A stretch of DNA of 38,425 nt from a virus: UHGV virus genome UHGV-0222321; one strand, written 5' to 3'. Under the pieces are notes generated by a model. That model did no database searches, was not told the origin of the DNA, and saw nothing but the letters and a program-made list of their open reading frames with translations. Below are positions 27,271-36,522 of this stretch, piece by piece (the stretch's first letter is position 1; each line of letters begins with the position of its first letter). Both the position numbers and the translations under genes were made by a program.

Positions 27271-28088
27271 CTGGATTAGAAGAAGTTTTTGCGGAGATGA
27301 ATCTGGAAGAAGAGGAGATTCAGGAGACAGAACGATGCAGAATCGATCCGGAGACAAGAGAGATTATTGTTCCTGATGCTATCCAGTTATTGGGCGTAGA
27401 ATCGGATGAAAAAGTAGAAAGAGTTTTATTTCAGTGTCCCAAGATGGTGGGGGATCATATCGATTTATCCGAACTGATTCTGTTTATCAATTATGAAAAC
27501 GCCAATGGAGAATTTGGGGTGTATTGCATTGATGATGTAGAACTATCAGAGGGAAATATCCTGTTTTCGTGGCTTCTGTCGAGGAAAGTAACAAAATACA
27601 AAGGCAATGTGAAGTTTATTCTATGTGCTAAAAAAACGGTCGATGATGGAACACTGAAAAATGAATGGAACACGACTGTGAATCGCCAATGTAAAGTATT
27701 GGAAGGGCTGGAAGGAGAATTGCCAGAACCCGATCCGGAAGAAGAATCTGTCTTGTTGGGGTTGATAGGACAAGCTACTGATGCGATTACGAGAACGAAT
27801 AATGCATCAAAGAAGGCAGAGGACATCACAAGAGAGATACAAGGGAAAATAGAATCAGGAGAGTTGACAGGTCCACAAGGTCCGCCAGGGCCTCAGGGAG
27901 AGACGGGTCCGCCAGGACCGCAGGGTCCAAAAGGGGAAGACGGAGTGGCATCTGTGACACAACTGAATCCGGGAATGTTTGGAATGTATGTGAATGAAGA
28001 GGGGCATCTGATAATGACACATAATGATAATGAACCGGCGCCGCCATTGTCAATAAGAGATGGTAAATTGATATATACAATTTCATAG
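27267..28088 (+). CDS. BppU-like protein with collagen repeat
   Basis: GVESDEK...F.CP; Gly-X-Y run. Confidence 0.75.
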   Translation: MTGLEEVFAEMNLEEEEIQETERCRIDPETREIIVPDAIQLLGVESDEKVERVLFQCPKMVGDHIDLSELILFINYENANGEFGVYCIDDVELSEGNILFSWLLSRKVTKYKGNVKFILCAKKTVDDGTLKNEWNTTVNRQCKVLEGLEGELPEPDPEEESVLLGLIGQATDAITRTNNASKKAEDITREIQGKIESGELTGPQGPPGPQGETGPPGPQGPKGEDGVASVTQLNPGMFGMYVNEEGHLIMTHNDNEPAPPLSIRDGKLIYTIS

Positions 28089-28103
28089 AAAGGATAGGGA
28101 AAT

Positions 28104-28577
28104 ATGGCACAGGAATTAGATTTGGGTAGTGTGATTGGCCCTCAGGGCCCAAAAGGCGAAACCGGCCCACAGGGGCCGAAAGGAGAAACAGGAGCTACCG
28201 GCCCGCAAGGCCCGAAAGGTGAAACTGGTCCGCAAGGACCAAAAGGAGAAGATGGGAAATCGGTCAATATTAAAGGATCGTATGAAACAACAGGAGAACT
28301 ACCGGAAGATGCGGAACCAGGTGACGGATATATTATTGACGGGAATCTGTATGTCTGGGATGGAAGTACATGGAATAATGTGGGAAAGATTCAAGGCCCA
28401 CAGGGTCCAAAAGGTGAAACAGGTTCACAGGGACAAAAAGGAGAAACAGGAGCCACCGGGCCACAGGGGCCGAAAGGTGAAACTGGTCCGCAGGGTCCAA
28501 AGGGGGCGGATGGGAAGACGCCAACATTTCGGATTGATGAAAGGGGTCATCTGATGGTTAGCTATGAAAATGAATAG
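28104..28577 (+). CDS. Collagen-like fibre protein
   Basis: Two GPQGPKGET runs. Confidence 0.85.
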   Translation: MAQELDLGSVIGPQGPKGETGPQGPKGETGATGPQGPKGETGPQGPKGEDGKSVNIKGSYETTGELPEDAEPGDGYIIDGNLYVWDGSTWNNVGKIQGPQGPKGETGSQGQKGETGATGPQGPKGETGPQGPKGADGKTPTFRIDERGHLMVSYENE

Positions 28578-28589
28578 CAGGAGGGGATT

Positions 28590-29243
28590 ATGGCAGTAAA
28601 AGAAGTTGATTTAGGGTTGGTGACAGGACCGGCAGGTCCACAAGGTCCGCAGGGGAAAACTGGCCAACAGGGGCCGACTGGTGCGGCCGGGAAAGCGGCG
28701 ACCATTAAAATCGGGAAAGTAACGACAGGAGAGGAAGGAAGCAGTGCTAAAGTAACTAATTCAGGTACAGAAAATGCGGCTGTATTGGATATTACAATTC
28801 CATGTGGGGCTACCGGACCGCAAGGTCCGAAAGGAGCGACCGGAGCCACTGGACCGCAAGGCCCAGCCGGAGAAAAAGGGGCCACCGGCCCAGCCGGACC
28901 GACAGGTCCACAAGGAAAGCAGGGAATCCAAGGACCAAAAGGAGCAACCGGAGCCACCGGACCGCAGGGTCCGAAAGGAGCAACCGGGGCAGCAGCTAGT
29001 ATTAAAGTGGGAACTGTTACGACCGGGGAAGCGGGAAGTGAGGCATCCGTCACAAATGCAGGTACAGCAAGTGCTGCCGTATTGAATTTTACAATCCCGC
29101 GTGGAGCGACCGGAGCTACCGGACCACAGGGTCCGAAAGGAGCGACCGGGGCCACCGGCCCACAAGGGCCACAGGGTCCGGCGGGGTCAGACGCGAATGT
29201 ACAGTCCATTACAACATCAGATATTGATGCATTATCAAGTTAA
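28590..29243 (+). CDS. Collagen-like fibre protein
   Basis: Gly-X-Y runs with two IKxGxVTTGE units. Confidence 0.85.
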   Translation: MAVKEVDLGLVTGPAGPQGPQGKTGQQGPTGAAGKAATIKIGKVTTGEEGSSAKVTNSGTENAAVLDITIPCGATGPQGPKGATGATGPQGPAGEKGATGPAGPTGPQGKQGIQGPKGATGATGPQGPKGATGAAASIKVGTVTTGEAGSEASVTNAGTASAAVLNFTIPRGATGATGPQGPKGATGATGPQGPQGPAGSDANVQSITTSDIDALSS

Positions 29244-29255
29244 GGAGGAAAGACG

Positions 29256-29711
29256 ATGAAATATTTGGATTTAACCGGACTACAGTATTTTTACAAAAAA
29301 TATATAAAAACACTGGGCAGTGCCGCAAAACAGACTGTGGCAAATAATTTGACTACCACAGCAGCGGGAAGTGTCCTGGATGCAAGACAGGGGAAGACGT
29401 TGAGTGAAAAAATCACATCTGAAACGAAGACATTGAATAGTGAAATTAAAACGATCAATACTTCTTTGGGAAATATTCAGGCTTTTGCAGTTAAAACAGT
29501 CAATATATCAAAACCAAATACTTGGGAGGATCAAGTAATAAAATTCCCGAAAGCGTTTACAAAAGTACCGTGTGTTATTGTACAGGCACAGACTGGGCAG
29601 AATGATACCTCAGTATGGGCGGATGCTATAACCACAACACAGTTCACGCTAAAAAAATATAGACCTACTGCATCGGCATTTGCGCTACAGGTCATTGCAA
29701 TCGGTTTATAA
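29256..29711 (+). CDS. Tail fibre tip-like protein
   Basis: VANNLTTTAAGSVLDARQGK; IKFPKAFTKVP (H-lectin/gp53-like C-terminus). Confidence 0.7.
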   Translation: MKYLDLTGLQYFYKKYIKTLGSAAKQTVANNLTTTAAGSVLDARQGKTLSEKITSETKTLNSEIKTINTSLGNIQAFAVKTVNISKPNTWEDQVIKFPKAFTKVPCVIVQAQTGQNDTSVWADAITTTQFTLKKYRPTASAFALQVIAIGL

Positions 29712-29749
29712 TCATAATGAATTTTCAAGAGCAGAGAGGAGAAGAAAAA

Positions 29750-30136
29750 ATGGAAAAACTTGTATTAACTGATAACACAGAACTGGAAATTATGGATGGA
29801 GCAAGCCTGGATTACATTCGGATTCAAACAGATAATTTTGCCGCACTGGATCAGATAGCAGGGGCGCTCAAAAAAGAAGGGAATCTTGCTAAGGTACAAT
29901 TTAAAACAGACGATGAGGTGACGGGAGAATATGAAGACTTATATCTGGAAAGGCCTATGTTTCAAGAAGCAGATATGACGCCGGATGGAAATGTGGTTTC
30001 CGTTATTGCTTTTCGAGAGAAAACGGAGTTGGAAAAGAGAGTGGATGCGATTGAAAGGGGACAGGAAATTCAAAATGGAGCATTAGAAGATCTTGGCCAA
30101 GTTGTATCTGAAATTGCGGAAGGAGGAGAAAAGTAA
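29750..30136 (+). CDS. Hypothetical tail-region protein
   Basis: SD GAGGAG; coiled C-terminus. Confidence 0.75.
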   Translation: MEKLVLTDNTELEIMDGASLDYIRIQTDNFAALDQIAGALKKEGNLAKVQFKTDDEVTGEYEDLYLERPMFQEADMTPDGNVVSVIAFREKTELEKRVDAIERGQEIQNGALEDLGQVVSEIAEGGEK

Positions 30137-30237
30137 TGGTTGCATTTTATGTAGATAGAATTGCAAAAGGGTTCATGGAACTAGAACAGGTTCCTACTTT
30201 ATGGAAGGAAAAAGTGAAAGAAGAACTAGGAAAATAA
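30136..30237 (+). CDS. Small CD1375/XkdX-like protein (33 aa)
   Basis: TAATG overlap; MVAFYVDRIAKG...QVPTLWKEKVKEEL. Confidence 0.7.
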   Translation: MVAFYVDRIAKGFMELEQVPTLWKEKVKEELGK

Positions 30238-30320
30238 GAGGGGTAATGAAGAATGGAGATCAGAGCGAGACCGTGAACCGGTCTTATTTTTGTGTAAAAA
30301 ATGATAGGAGAGAAGTGGGT

Positions 30321-30611
30321 ATGAATACTCAGTGGATTGCGCTTGTAATATCGCTGTTGGGATTTTTGGCATCAGTATATTACAGCAATAAAAACAGCAA
30401 AAAAACAGATATAGATGATGCAGTGAAACGAGCGGAACTGAATACTAAAATCAGTACAAAGCTGGATAATATTGCCTCTGATGTACGGGAAACATCAAAA
30501 AATGTTGACAGACTGAGGGAGGAAATCGTGGAACATGGAAGCCGGATCACGGCTGTGGAGCAGTCCGTTAAATCAGCACATCACAGAATTGATAAGTTGG
30601 AAAAAAAGTGA
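30321..30611 (+). CDS. Holin-associated membrane/coiled-coil protein
   Basis: N-terminal TM; RITAVEQSVKSAHHRID. Confidence 0.75.
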   Translation: MNTQWIALVISLLGFLASVYYSNKNSKKTDIDDAVKRAELNTKISTKLDNIASDVRETSKNVDRLREEIVEHGSRITAVEQSVKSAHHRIDKLEKK

Positions 30612-30630
30612 ATAAAAGGAGGAGTGACTT

Positions 30631-30999
30631 ATGGTAGAAGCGATGCAGTTGGATATTTTTAAAATGGTGATGGAGAATCTCAATCTCCTGATTTTTGTGG
30701 CAGGGGTTATCTGTTTCCTGACCGTCGTGATTACCCAGGTGACAAAAGGACTGCCGGGACTCCGTAGCATCCCGACCGATTTACAGGTTCTGGTGCTGTC
30801 TGTGGTGTTTACCCTGGTGGCGTACTTTGCCTATGTGGATATGACGGGCTTCCCGGTGACATGGTACTTTGTCATTGCCATGATCGTGATCGGATTTGTC
30901 CTGGCGCTGGTGGCAACAAAGGGCTGGACCTATGTGGCAGATCTGTTCTGGAGATTCCAGCATAAGGGGGATGATGCAGATGCGGACGAAGAAGAATAA
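30631..30999 (+). CDS. Holin
   Basis: Three TM segments; directly upstream of the endolysin. Confidence 0.8.
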   Translation: MVEAMQLDIFKMVMENLNLLIFVAGVICFLTVVITQVTKGLPGLRSIPTDLQVLVLSVVFTLVAYFAYVDMTGFPVTWYFVIAMIVIGFVLALVATKGWTYVADLFWRFQHKGDDADADEEE

Positions 31000-32173
31000 A
31001 TTACTGAAACGAGGAAGGGCGGTTGCGTTGGCAGCCGTCCTTTTCTGTACCCTGATTTTGGGGACAATGGCCGTGGTGCCGCCGATCCGGGCGGAGGCGG
31101 CGCCCATCAACGGATTGCCGATCAACCAGAAGCTTCAGACCATCAATGCGTCCAGCCGGTACGGGAACGGGATCAAGTACATCGTAGTGCATTATACCGG
31201 GGCTCCGGGAAGTGCCGCAAACAATGCGACCTATTTTTCAACTGGATACCGTGGGGCGTCCGCCCACTATTTTGTCGGGTATTCCGGAGAGGTCTGGCAG
31301 AGTGTGTCTGACAGTCTGGCGGCCTGGTCGGTAGGCGGCAACAAATACCCAGGCACAAAGGGCGGAAGCGTCTATGGGAAATGCACCAACTACAACAGCA
31401 TCAATATTGAGATGTGTGTAAGGACGTCCGGGAGCCGGAGTGATACGTCCAAGGACTGGTACTTTGAAAACGCCACGATCAACAGCACAGTGAAGCTGGT
31501 GCAGGGGCTGATGAAGAAGTACAATGTTCCCCTGTCCCGTGTGGTTCGGCACTATGATGTGGTCGGGAAATACTGTCCGAATCCGTTTGTACTGAACGAC
31601 GACCCGGTAACATGGAGCTCTTTCAAGAGCATGGTAGCCGGGGACAAAGATCTGCCGCCGGATACGGGAAGTTCCAGTACATCCACAAAACCGTCCAAAC
31701 CGTCCACTGGCGGGTCCGTATCCTCATCCGGAATCAATGTCCGGTATCAGGCATATGTGAATGGCCAGTGGCTTCCGTGGGTGACAAACTATAATAATGT
31801 CAGTTCCGACGGCTACGCAGGGATTCCGTGCAGGGCGGTCACCGGACTGAGAGCGTATACAGTTGGCTCCCAGTCCGCAGTTGGAAATTTACAGTACCGG
31901 GTACACTTGAGGGGAGGCCAGTGGCTGCCTTGGGTGACGGACGCATCCGGAAAGGCTCCGAATGATTACGCCGGGATCTATGGACACGTCATCGACGGAA
32001 TCCAGGTAAAGCTTGTCAATAAACCGGGATATCATGCGGAGGTACGAGTACAGCTCACCGACCGAACCGGATGGCTTTCCTGGTCCAGCCAGTACAGCAC
32101 GGGCGCGGATGCCTACGCCGGGATCTATGGGATCGGGATTGACCGGGTACAGATACGGATTGTAAAAAATTAA
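30980..32173 (+). CDS. Endolysin: signal peptide, Amidase_2 domain, linker, ChW-like cell-wall-binding repeats
   Basis: YIVVHYT, SAHYFV, SINIEM, RHYDV.GKYCP; QWLPWV repeats. Confidence 0.92.
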   Translation: MRTKKNKLLKRGRAVALAAVLFCTLILGTMAVVPPIRAEAAPINGLPINQKLQTINASSRYGNGIKYIVVHYTGAPGSAANNATYFSTGYRGASAHYFVGYSGEVWQSVSDSLAAWSVGGNKYPGTKGGSVYGKCTNYNSINIEMCVRTSGSRSDTSKDWYFENATINSTVKLVQGLMKKYNVPLSRVVRHYDVVGKYCPNPFVLNDDPVTWSSFKSMVAGDKDLPPDTGSSSTSTKPSKPSTGGSVSSSGINVRYQAYVNGQWLPWVTNYNNVSSDGYAGIPCRAVTGLRAYTVGSQSAVGNLQYRVHLRGGQWLPWVTDASGKAPNDYAGIYGHVIDGIQVKLVNKPGYHAEVRVQLTDRTGWLSWSSQYSTGADAYAGIYGIGIDRVQIRIVKN

Positions 32174-32183
32174 AGAAAGAAGT

Positions 32184-32213
32184 CAAAAGGCGGGGAGAAA
32201 TCCCCGCCTTTTG
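32184..32213. terminator. Bidirectional intrinsic terminator
   Basis: CAAAAGGCGGGGA-GAAA-TCCCCGCCTTTTG, perfect 13-bp stem. Confidence 0.85.
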
Positions 32214-32234
32214 CAATACATGGAGGTCAAGAAG

Positions 32235-33005
32235 ATGAATGAATTACAGATTTTCAAAAGTGAAGAATTCGGAGAAGTCCGGACAGTAACTATTAACAAT
32301 GAGCCGTGGTTTGTGGGTAAGGACGTAACAGTGGCATTAGGGTATGTGGACACAAAACAGGCAATCAGGGTAAATGTAGCCGATGAAGATAAAAAGCATT
32401 TGCCTAAGAGAGCATTTGGAGGGTGTACATCTACAACCTCCGAAATTAATAATAACGGGGCGATTGTCATTAATGAATCTGGATTATATGCGCTTATCTT
32501 TGGAAGTAAGCTTGAATCAGCAAGGAGGTTCAAACACTGGGTGACAAGTGAAGTCCTTCCAGCAATCCGAAAACATGGCGGATATATGGCAGGGCAGGAG
32601 AACATGAGCGATGATGAACTTTTGGCAAAAGCCTTGATGGTAGCACAAAGCAAGATCGAGGAAAACAAAAAACAGATCGAGGAAATGAAACCACATGCCG
32701 TACTGGGAAAAGCAATTACAACGGCAAATACGTCAATTCTTGTGGGTGATCTTGCAAAGATTCTAAAACAGAATGGAATCGAAATCGGAGCAAAACGTCT
32801 TTTCCAGTGGATGCGGGAGAATGGGTATTTGATTAAACGAAAAGGGACGGACTGGAATTTACCAACACAGCGTAGCATGGAACAAAATCTGTTTGAAATC
32901 AAAGAATCAGTGCACATAGACGGGAACGGGTGTAACAGAATTACAAGAACACCTAAAATCACAGGAAAAGGTCAGGAATATTTTATCAATAAATTTCTGA
33001 TTTAA
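32235..33005 (+). CDS. Phage antirepressor (BRO-N plus ANT/KilAC)
   Basis: MNELQIF...PWFVGKDV...INESGLY...WVTSEVLP; TPKITGKGQ. Confidence 0.95.
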   Translation: MNELQIFKSEEFGEVRTVTINNEPWFVGKDVTVALGYVDTKQAIRVNVADEDKKHLPKRAFGGCTSTTSEINNNGAIVINESGLYALIFGSKLESARRFKHWVTSEVLPAIRKHGGYMAGQENMSDDELLAKALMVAQSKIEENKKQIEEMKPHAVLGKAITTANTSILVGDLAKILKQNGIEIGAKRLFQWMRENGYLIKRKGTDWNLPTQRSMEQNLFEIKESVHIDGNGCNRITRTPKITGKGQEYFINKFLI

Positions 33006-33170
33006 GGACGAAAAGTTTTTGAAGAATCCCTCCGGGGCATACACTTCGGAGGGAGAAAATATTGTATCATCTTTTACGAAACATAACGAAAAAAGCAAAC
33101 ATATGTTTTGATAATATTTTTGAAGAAAAAATCTTCAAAATAACGGAAATACGCGGTTTGTGAGGGTAAA

Positions 33171-33220
33171 TCTTCGCCTAACTTGTGAACTCCAAACGGG
33201 GATAACATGTTAGGCAGAGA
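33171..33220. other. Putative intact attP for the serine integrase
   Basis: 50-bp imperfect inverted repeat (17 of 24 pairs) around a central AA, 36 bp beyond the integrase stop. Confidence 0.6.
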
Positions 33221-33256
33221 CTTTCTCTGTAAGATACGGAAAAACGTATCCACACC

Positions 33257-34663
33257 TTAAACAGAGACACTCTGAACAAAATCAACATAGTTAATGGTAT
33301 AGTCCGACTTTAGGTGAATTTGCCGGATAATATTACGCCAGAAAGTCCGTCGGTTTTCTTCGGCTAGAGAATGGTAGATGGCAAGGAAATCTTTTTGAAG
33401 AAGTGATTCTACGGAGGAATAATCGCTTTCCGGCTCTATGATAATAGCTTTTAAGCCGTTTTTTTCAGATTCAAGAGCATCGTATTCTTTGCTATAATAG
33501 TCCCAGGTGATACGGTCTTTCTGAAAGAGAAGATTAAGCCGGGACATTTCTTTTTCGATTTGTTCCTCTGTGCGAACTTTTGGCTTTTGTTTGTTTTTCT
33601 TTTGAATCTCATCCACACGAATCTTATATTCCTCGAACTCTCTTTCCAGGTTTTCAAGCAGATATGTTTCTATAAGATTCTGGCTTACTTTGTGCCTGTT
33701 CGTGCAGATTCGGTCAATCATAGCCCGATTACAACGGTAGTAGCAGTAATCTCGTTTTTCACCGGTCTTACGATTGATAATTGACCGACAGCCAGTACCG
33801 GCCAGAATCTGTCCACATTCCGGGCAGCGGATCATCCCAGTGAAATAATAGATTCGTCCGGATGGTGTATTTTTAATGTTCTTTTTGCTGATTTTCTGCA
33901 AACGTGCCCATCGTACTTCAGAAACATAGGAAGGACAATATGGGATTCCTCGGTACGTTCCTTTGTAAAACTCGCTTGAGAGCATGGTACGAAGGCAACT
34001 GTAAGAAAAGGAAGGATCGTAATGGCTTTGTATGTAACGCAGCGTAGCTTGTTTTCCCTGATGTTTTTCAAAGTAATCAAAGAAAGCGTTCACTAGCTCT
34101 TCCTGATCAGGATCTTTCACCATGCATTTTTGGCCGTTTACCACACCGATCTTATATCCTCTTGGCATATTGGCCTCTCCAAAGATGACCTTCTTCTGAC
34201 GGATCGAAGCTTCATTTACAAATTTGATACGCTCAGAAGTCGTATCGACTTCATTTTGTCCGATCGACAGTACGACATTCAACTGTAGACGACCGTCACG
34301 GGTTTCCATATTGATTCCTGGTTCAGATGCAGAAATCCAGTAAACCTTATATTCATCTAGGATGTCCTGTACCTTGTAGAAATCGGACATGTTACGGAAC
34401 CAGCGATCCAGACGCCAGAAGAGGATTACATCAATTTTACCAGCTTTGACATCCTCCAGGAGGGCATGAATCGCTTTCCGCTTTTTCAGCTCTTTCCTGG
34501 CTGTCTTACCTTCATCTGCATAGACTCCGACAGGAATCATCCCATGATCCTTTGCATAAGAAGTGAGATAATCTTTTTGAGCCTCAAGTGATTTTCCATG
34601 TACGAGCTGCTCTGATGTGGATACACGAATGTAAATAGCGCAGCGTTTGATTTTTTCAGACAC
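33257..34663 (-). CDS. int: Large serine recombinase (integrase)
   Basis: YIRVST catalytic Ser, RLDRWFRN, recombinase domain, CPECG...YYRC zinc ribbon, coiled coil; GTG start with SD AAAGGAG. Confidence 0.95.
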   Translation of the reverse strand: MSEKIKRCAIYIRVSTSEQLVHGKSLEAQKDYLTSYAKDHGMIPVGVYADEGKTARKELKKRKAIHALLEDVKAGKIDVILFWRLDRWFRNMSDFYKVQDILDEYKVYWISASEPGINMETRDGRLQLNVVLSIGQNEVDTTSERIKFVNEASIRQKKVIFGEANMPRGYKIGVVNGQKCMVKDPDQEELVNAFFDYFEKHQGKQATLRYIQSHYDPSFSYSCLRTMLSSEFYKGTYRGIPYCPSYVSEVRWARLQKISKKNIKNTPSGRIYYFTGMIRCPECGQILAGTGCRSIINRKTGEKRDYCYYRCNRAMIDRICTNRHKVSQNLIETYLLENLEREFEEYKIRVDEIQKKNKQKPKVRTEEQIEKEMSRLNLLFQKDRITWDYYSKEYDALESEKNGLKAIIIEPESDYSSVESLLQKDFLAIYHSLAEENRRTFWRNIIRQIHLKSDYTINYVDFVQSVSV

Positions 34664-34699
34664 GGTATCATCTCCTTTATGTAATTGTATAATAATAAC

Positions 34700-34835
34700 A
34701 GCCAAAACAGAACAAAAGTTCTGGATTGTAAGGCTGTTCCGAAGATGATACAATATTATCGATCAAAGTACTTGCATATCTTCGGATATGTATTAAGCCG
34801 TCCTGGTGTTGGTAGCGCCGGGGCGGTTTTTCTTT
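34700..34835 (+). ncRNA. Candidate structured RNA antisense to the integrase leader
   Basis: TATAAT 34688-34693, two hairpins, terminator 34797-34835. Confidence 0.45.
34710..34721. promoter_or_regulatory. LexA/DinR-type SOS box
   Basis: GAAC-AAAA-GTTC upstream of the integrase. Confidence 0.45.
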
Positions 34836-34837
34836 AA

Positions 34838-34936
34838 CGTAAAAGACCCCGTATTGCTACGAGGTCTTCACATAATAAACTTATATCTTCTTTGATGCCC
34901 CTAGGGCGATATTTAGAAAAGAGTTCTCTTTTCTGT
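34838..34936 (-). ncRNA. Structured ~100-nt RNA downstream of the MazF/PemK-like gene
   Basis: TTGACT(34971-34966)-17-TATAAT(34948-34943); internal stems; GCAA-loop terminator 34868-34843; no ORF. Confidence 0.7.
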
Positions 34937-35002
34937 TAGTTTATTATAGTTCATATTATGCCCGTAGTCAATAAAAATATTCTAGTTTTTTATAATAAAT
35001 TA

Positions 35003-35848
35003 TCAGAAGATATATAAATCTTGCACTTTTTGATTGATTTTTTTCATGTTGTCTTCTGATAAAGAAATGCCAGCAAGAACGCCTTTCAAGTTTCTTGGAT
35101 CAAAAATTCGCATTTTACTAATGGTGGTAATTTGATTTACAAGAGCAACACTTCCTTCTTTCATTCTAGAAATTTCAAGTCCTATTTTTTCAAGATAGTC
35201 TTGTTGTTCTTTATTATGCTGACTTTTTTCTTCCCAAATGGCTTGAAGTTTTTTTGCAGTTTCTAGATGACCTTTTGCAATTAGAAGCTTTTGATCGAAC
35301 TCATCTGATTCCTTATCGCATTGTTCTAGTTCCTCAACGGATTTTCTGGAAAGAGCCAACATAGAGTCAAAAAGTGAAAGAGTTTCTTCGATTTCTTGCT
35401 GCTCTTCTTTCAATGCTTTATCAATAGTATCGTATTTTAATTTTAATAGACGATAAATATCATTTCCAAGATTAACACTGTTTGAGTGGAGAGTACGATT
35501 TTCTCTGGCTGATGTAAGTGGAATCACTGTAACTACAGGAGAATTATGCGCATTTTTATTATCAAGAACGACTCCGTAATGTAAACCACCATATTCACTT
35601 CCGATATTAAAACCAAATTGTATTTTGACAATGTTTCCGCGTTTATACGCTATGTTACGAGTAGGTTCAAATTTCTCTTCAAAATTAATCAGCCGAACAT
35701 AATCTTTTATCCAATACGACAATAGATTGGCTTTTTTTAAATGATTTCCTGCTGGATCGTTGATAAATCCTTCCAGCATCATATTCAGAGACTTGATAGC
35801 TTCTTTTTTATTTTGGATAATGTCATCTTTTGTGTATTCTTTTGACAC
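35003..35848 (-). CDS. MazF/PemK-like endoribonuclease with a coiled-coil insertion
   Basis: YKRGNIVKIQFGFNIGSEYGGLHYGVVL...VIPLTS; ALVNQITTISKMRI. Confidence 0.85.
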   Translation of the reverse strand: MSKEYTKDDIIQNKKEAIKSLNMMLEGFINDPAGNHLKKANLLSYWIKDYVRLINFEEKFEPTRNIAYKRGNIVKIQFGFNIGSEYGGLHYGVVLDNKNAHNSPVVTVIPLTSARENRTLHSNSVNLGNDIYRLLKLKYDTIDKALKEEQQEIEETLSLFDSMLALSRKSVEELEQCDKESDEFDQKLLIAKGHLETAKKLQAIWEEKSQHNKEQQDYLEKIGLEISRMKEGSVALVNQITTISKMRIFDPRNLKGVLAGISLSEDNMKKINQKVQDLYIF

Positions 35849-35907
35849 ATGACCATCTCCTTTCTTTTGTTTCCCGACAACTATGAAGTAGCGCCGGGGC
35901 GGTTTTT

Positions 35908-36447
35908 TTATAAAGTATCTGAAATACAGATTTTCAAATCCTCAAAGATTCCGACTTGTATCGTATCGGAAAAGGTATACTCTGACGTATCCTCTGATTC
36001 AAAATTGTAAACTGTAACCCTGTCTTTTTCAGGGTCTACAATCCAATATTCCCGTACTTTAGCCGTACGGTATTTGAAAAGCTTCGTGTAGTAGTCCATG
36101 CGTCGGCTTCCAGGTGATACAATTTCTATGATCCAGTCCGGCGCACCGTTACAGCCCTTATCTGTAAGCTTCTCAGGAGAACAAATCACGCTTATATCCG
36201 GTTCCACGTATGTTTTATCATTTTCGTTCAGAAAAACAGCAAACGGGGCAATATATGGCTTACAGGAACCACCTTTTTTCTTGATGTATTCTCGTATTAC
36301 TCCAGCAAGCTCCAATAAGAATTCCTGATGTTTACGGCTTGGCGGCGCCATATAGTAAATATTGCCGTCAATCAGTTCTGCCCGTTCCCCCTCTGGAAGT
36401 GCATAGATATCATCAATAGTAAAATGGCTTTCTTTTGGTAATGGCAT
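35908..36447 (-). CDS. Uma2 (DUF820) family endonuclease-like protein
   Basis: ELIDG, VEPDISVIC, GAPDWIIEIVSP, VREYWIVDP. Confidence 0.92.
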   Translation of the reverse strand: MPLPKESHFTIDDIYALPEGERAELIDGNIYYMAPPSRKHQEFLLELAGVIREYIKKKGGSCKPYIAPFAVFLNENDKTYVEPDISVICSPEKLTDKGCNGAPDWIIEIVSPGSRRMDYYTKLFKYRTAKVREYWIVDPEKDRVTVYNFESEDTSEYTFSDTIQVGIFEDLKICISDTL

Positions 36448-36522
36448 AGTGCGACACATCCTTTCTAAATATGAGTATTACCCTGATTGTATATACTATT
36501 GCCGATAAACAGCTTTGTATTT

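Larger units (their letters stand above)
34812..35907. repeat. 20-bp direct repeats flanking the MazF-like/ncRNA cassette
   Basis: GTAGCGCCGGGGCGGTTTTT at 34812-34831 and 35888-35907. Confidence 0.9.

Noticed and set aside
26790..29190. Collagen repeats as a DGR, shufflon or CRISPR array
   Set aside because: Explained by Gly-X-Y coding; no reverse transcriptase, invertase or spacer structure
5282..32962. Many long antisense ORFs in the track (e.g. 19823..20473, 28562..29209, 32183..32962)
   Set aside because: Shadows of well-supported plus-strand genes, with no SD or recognisable motifs
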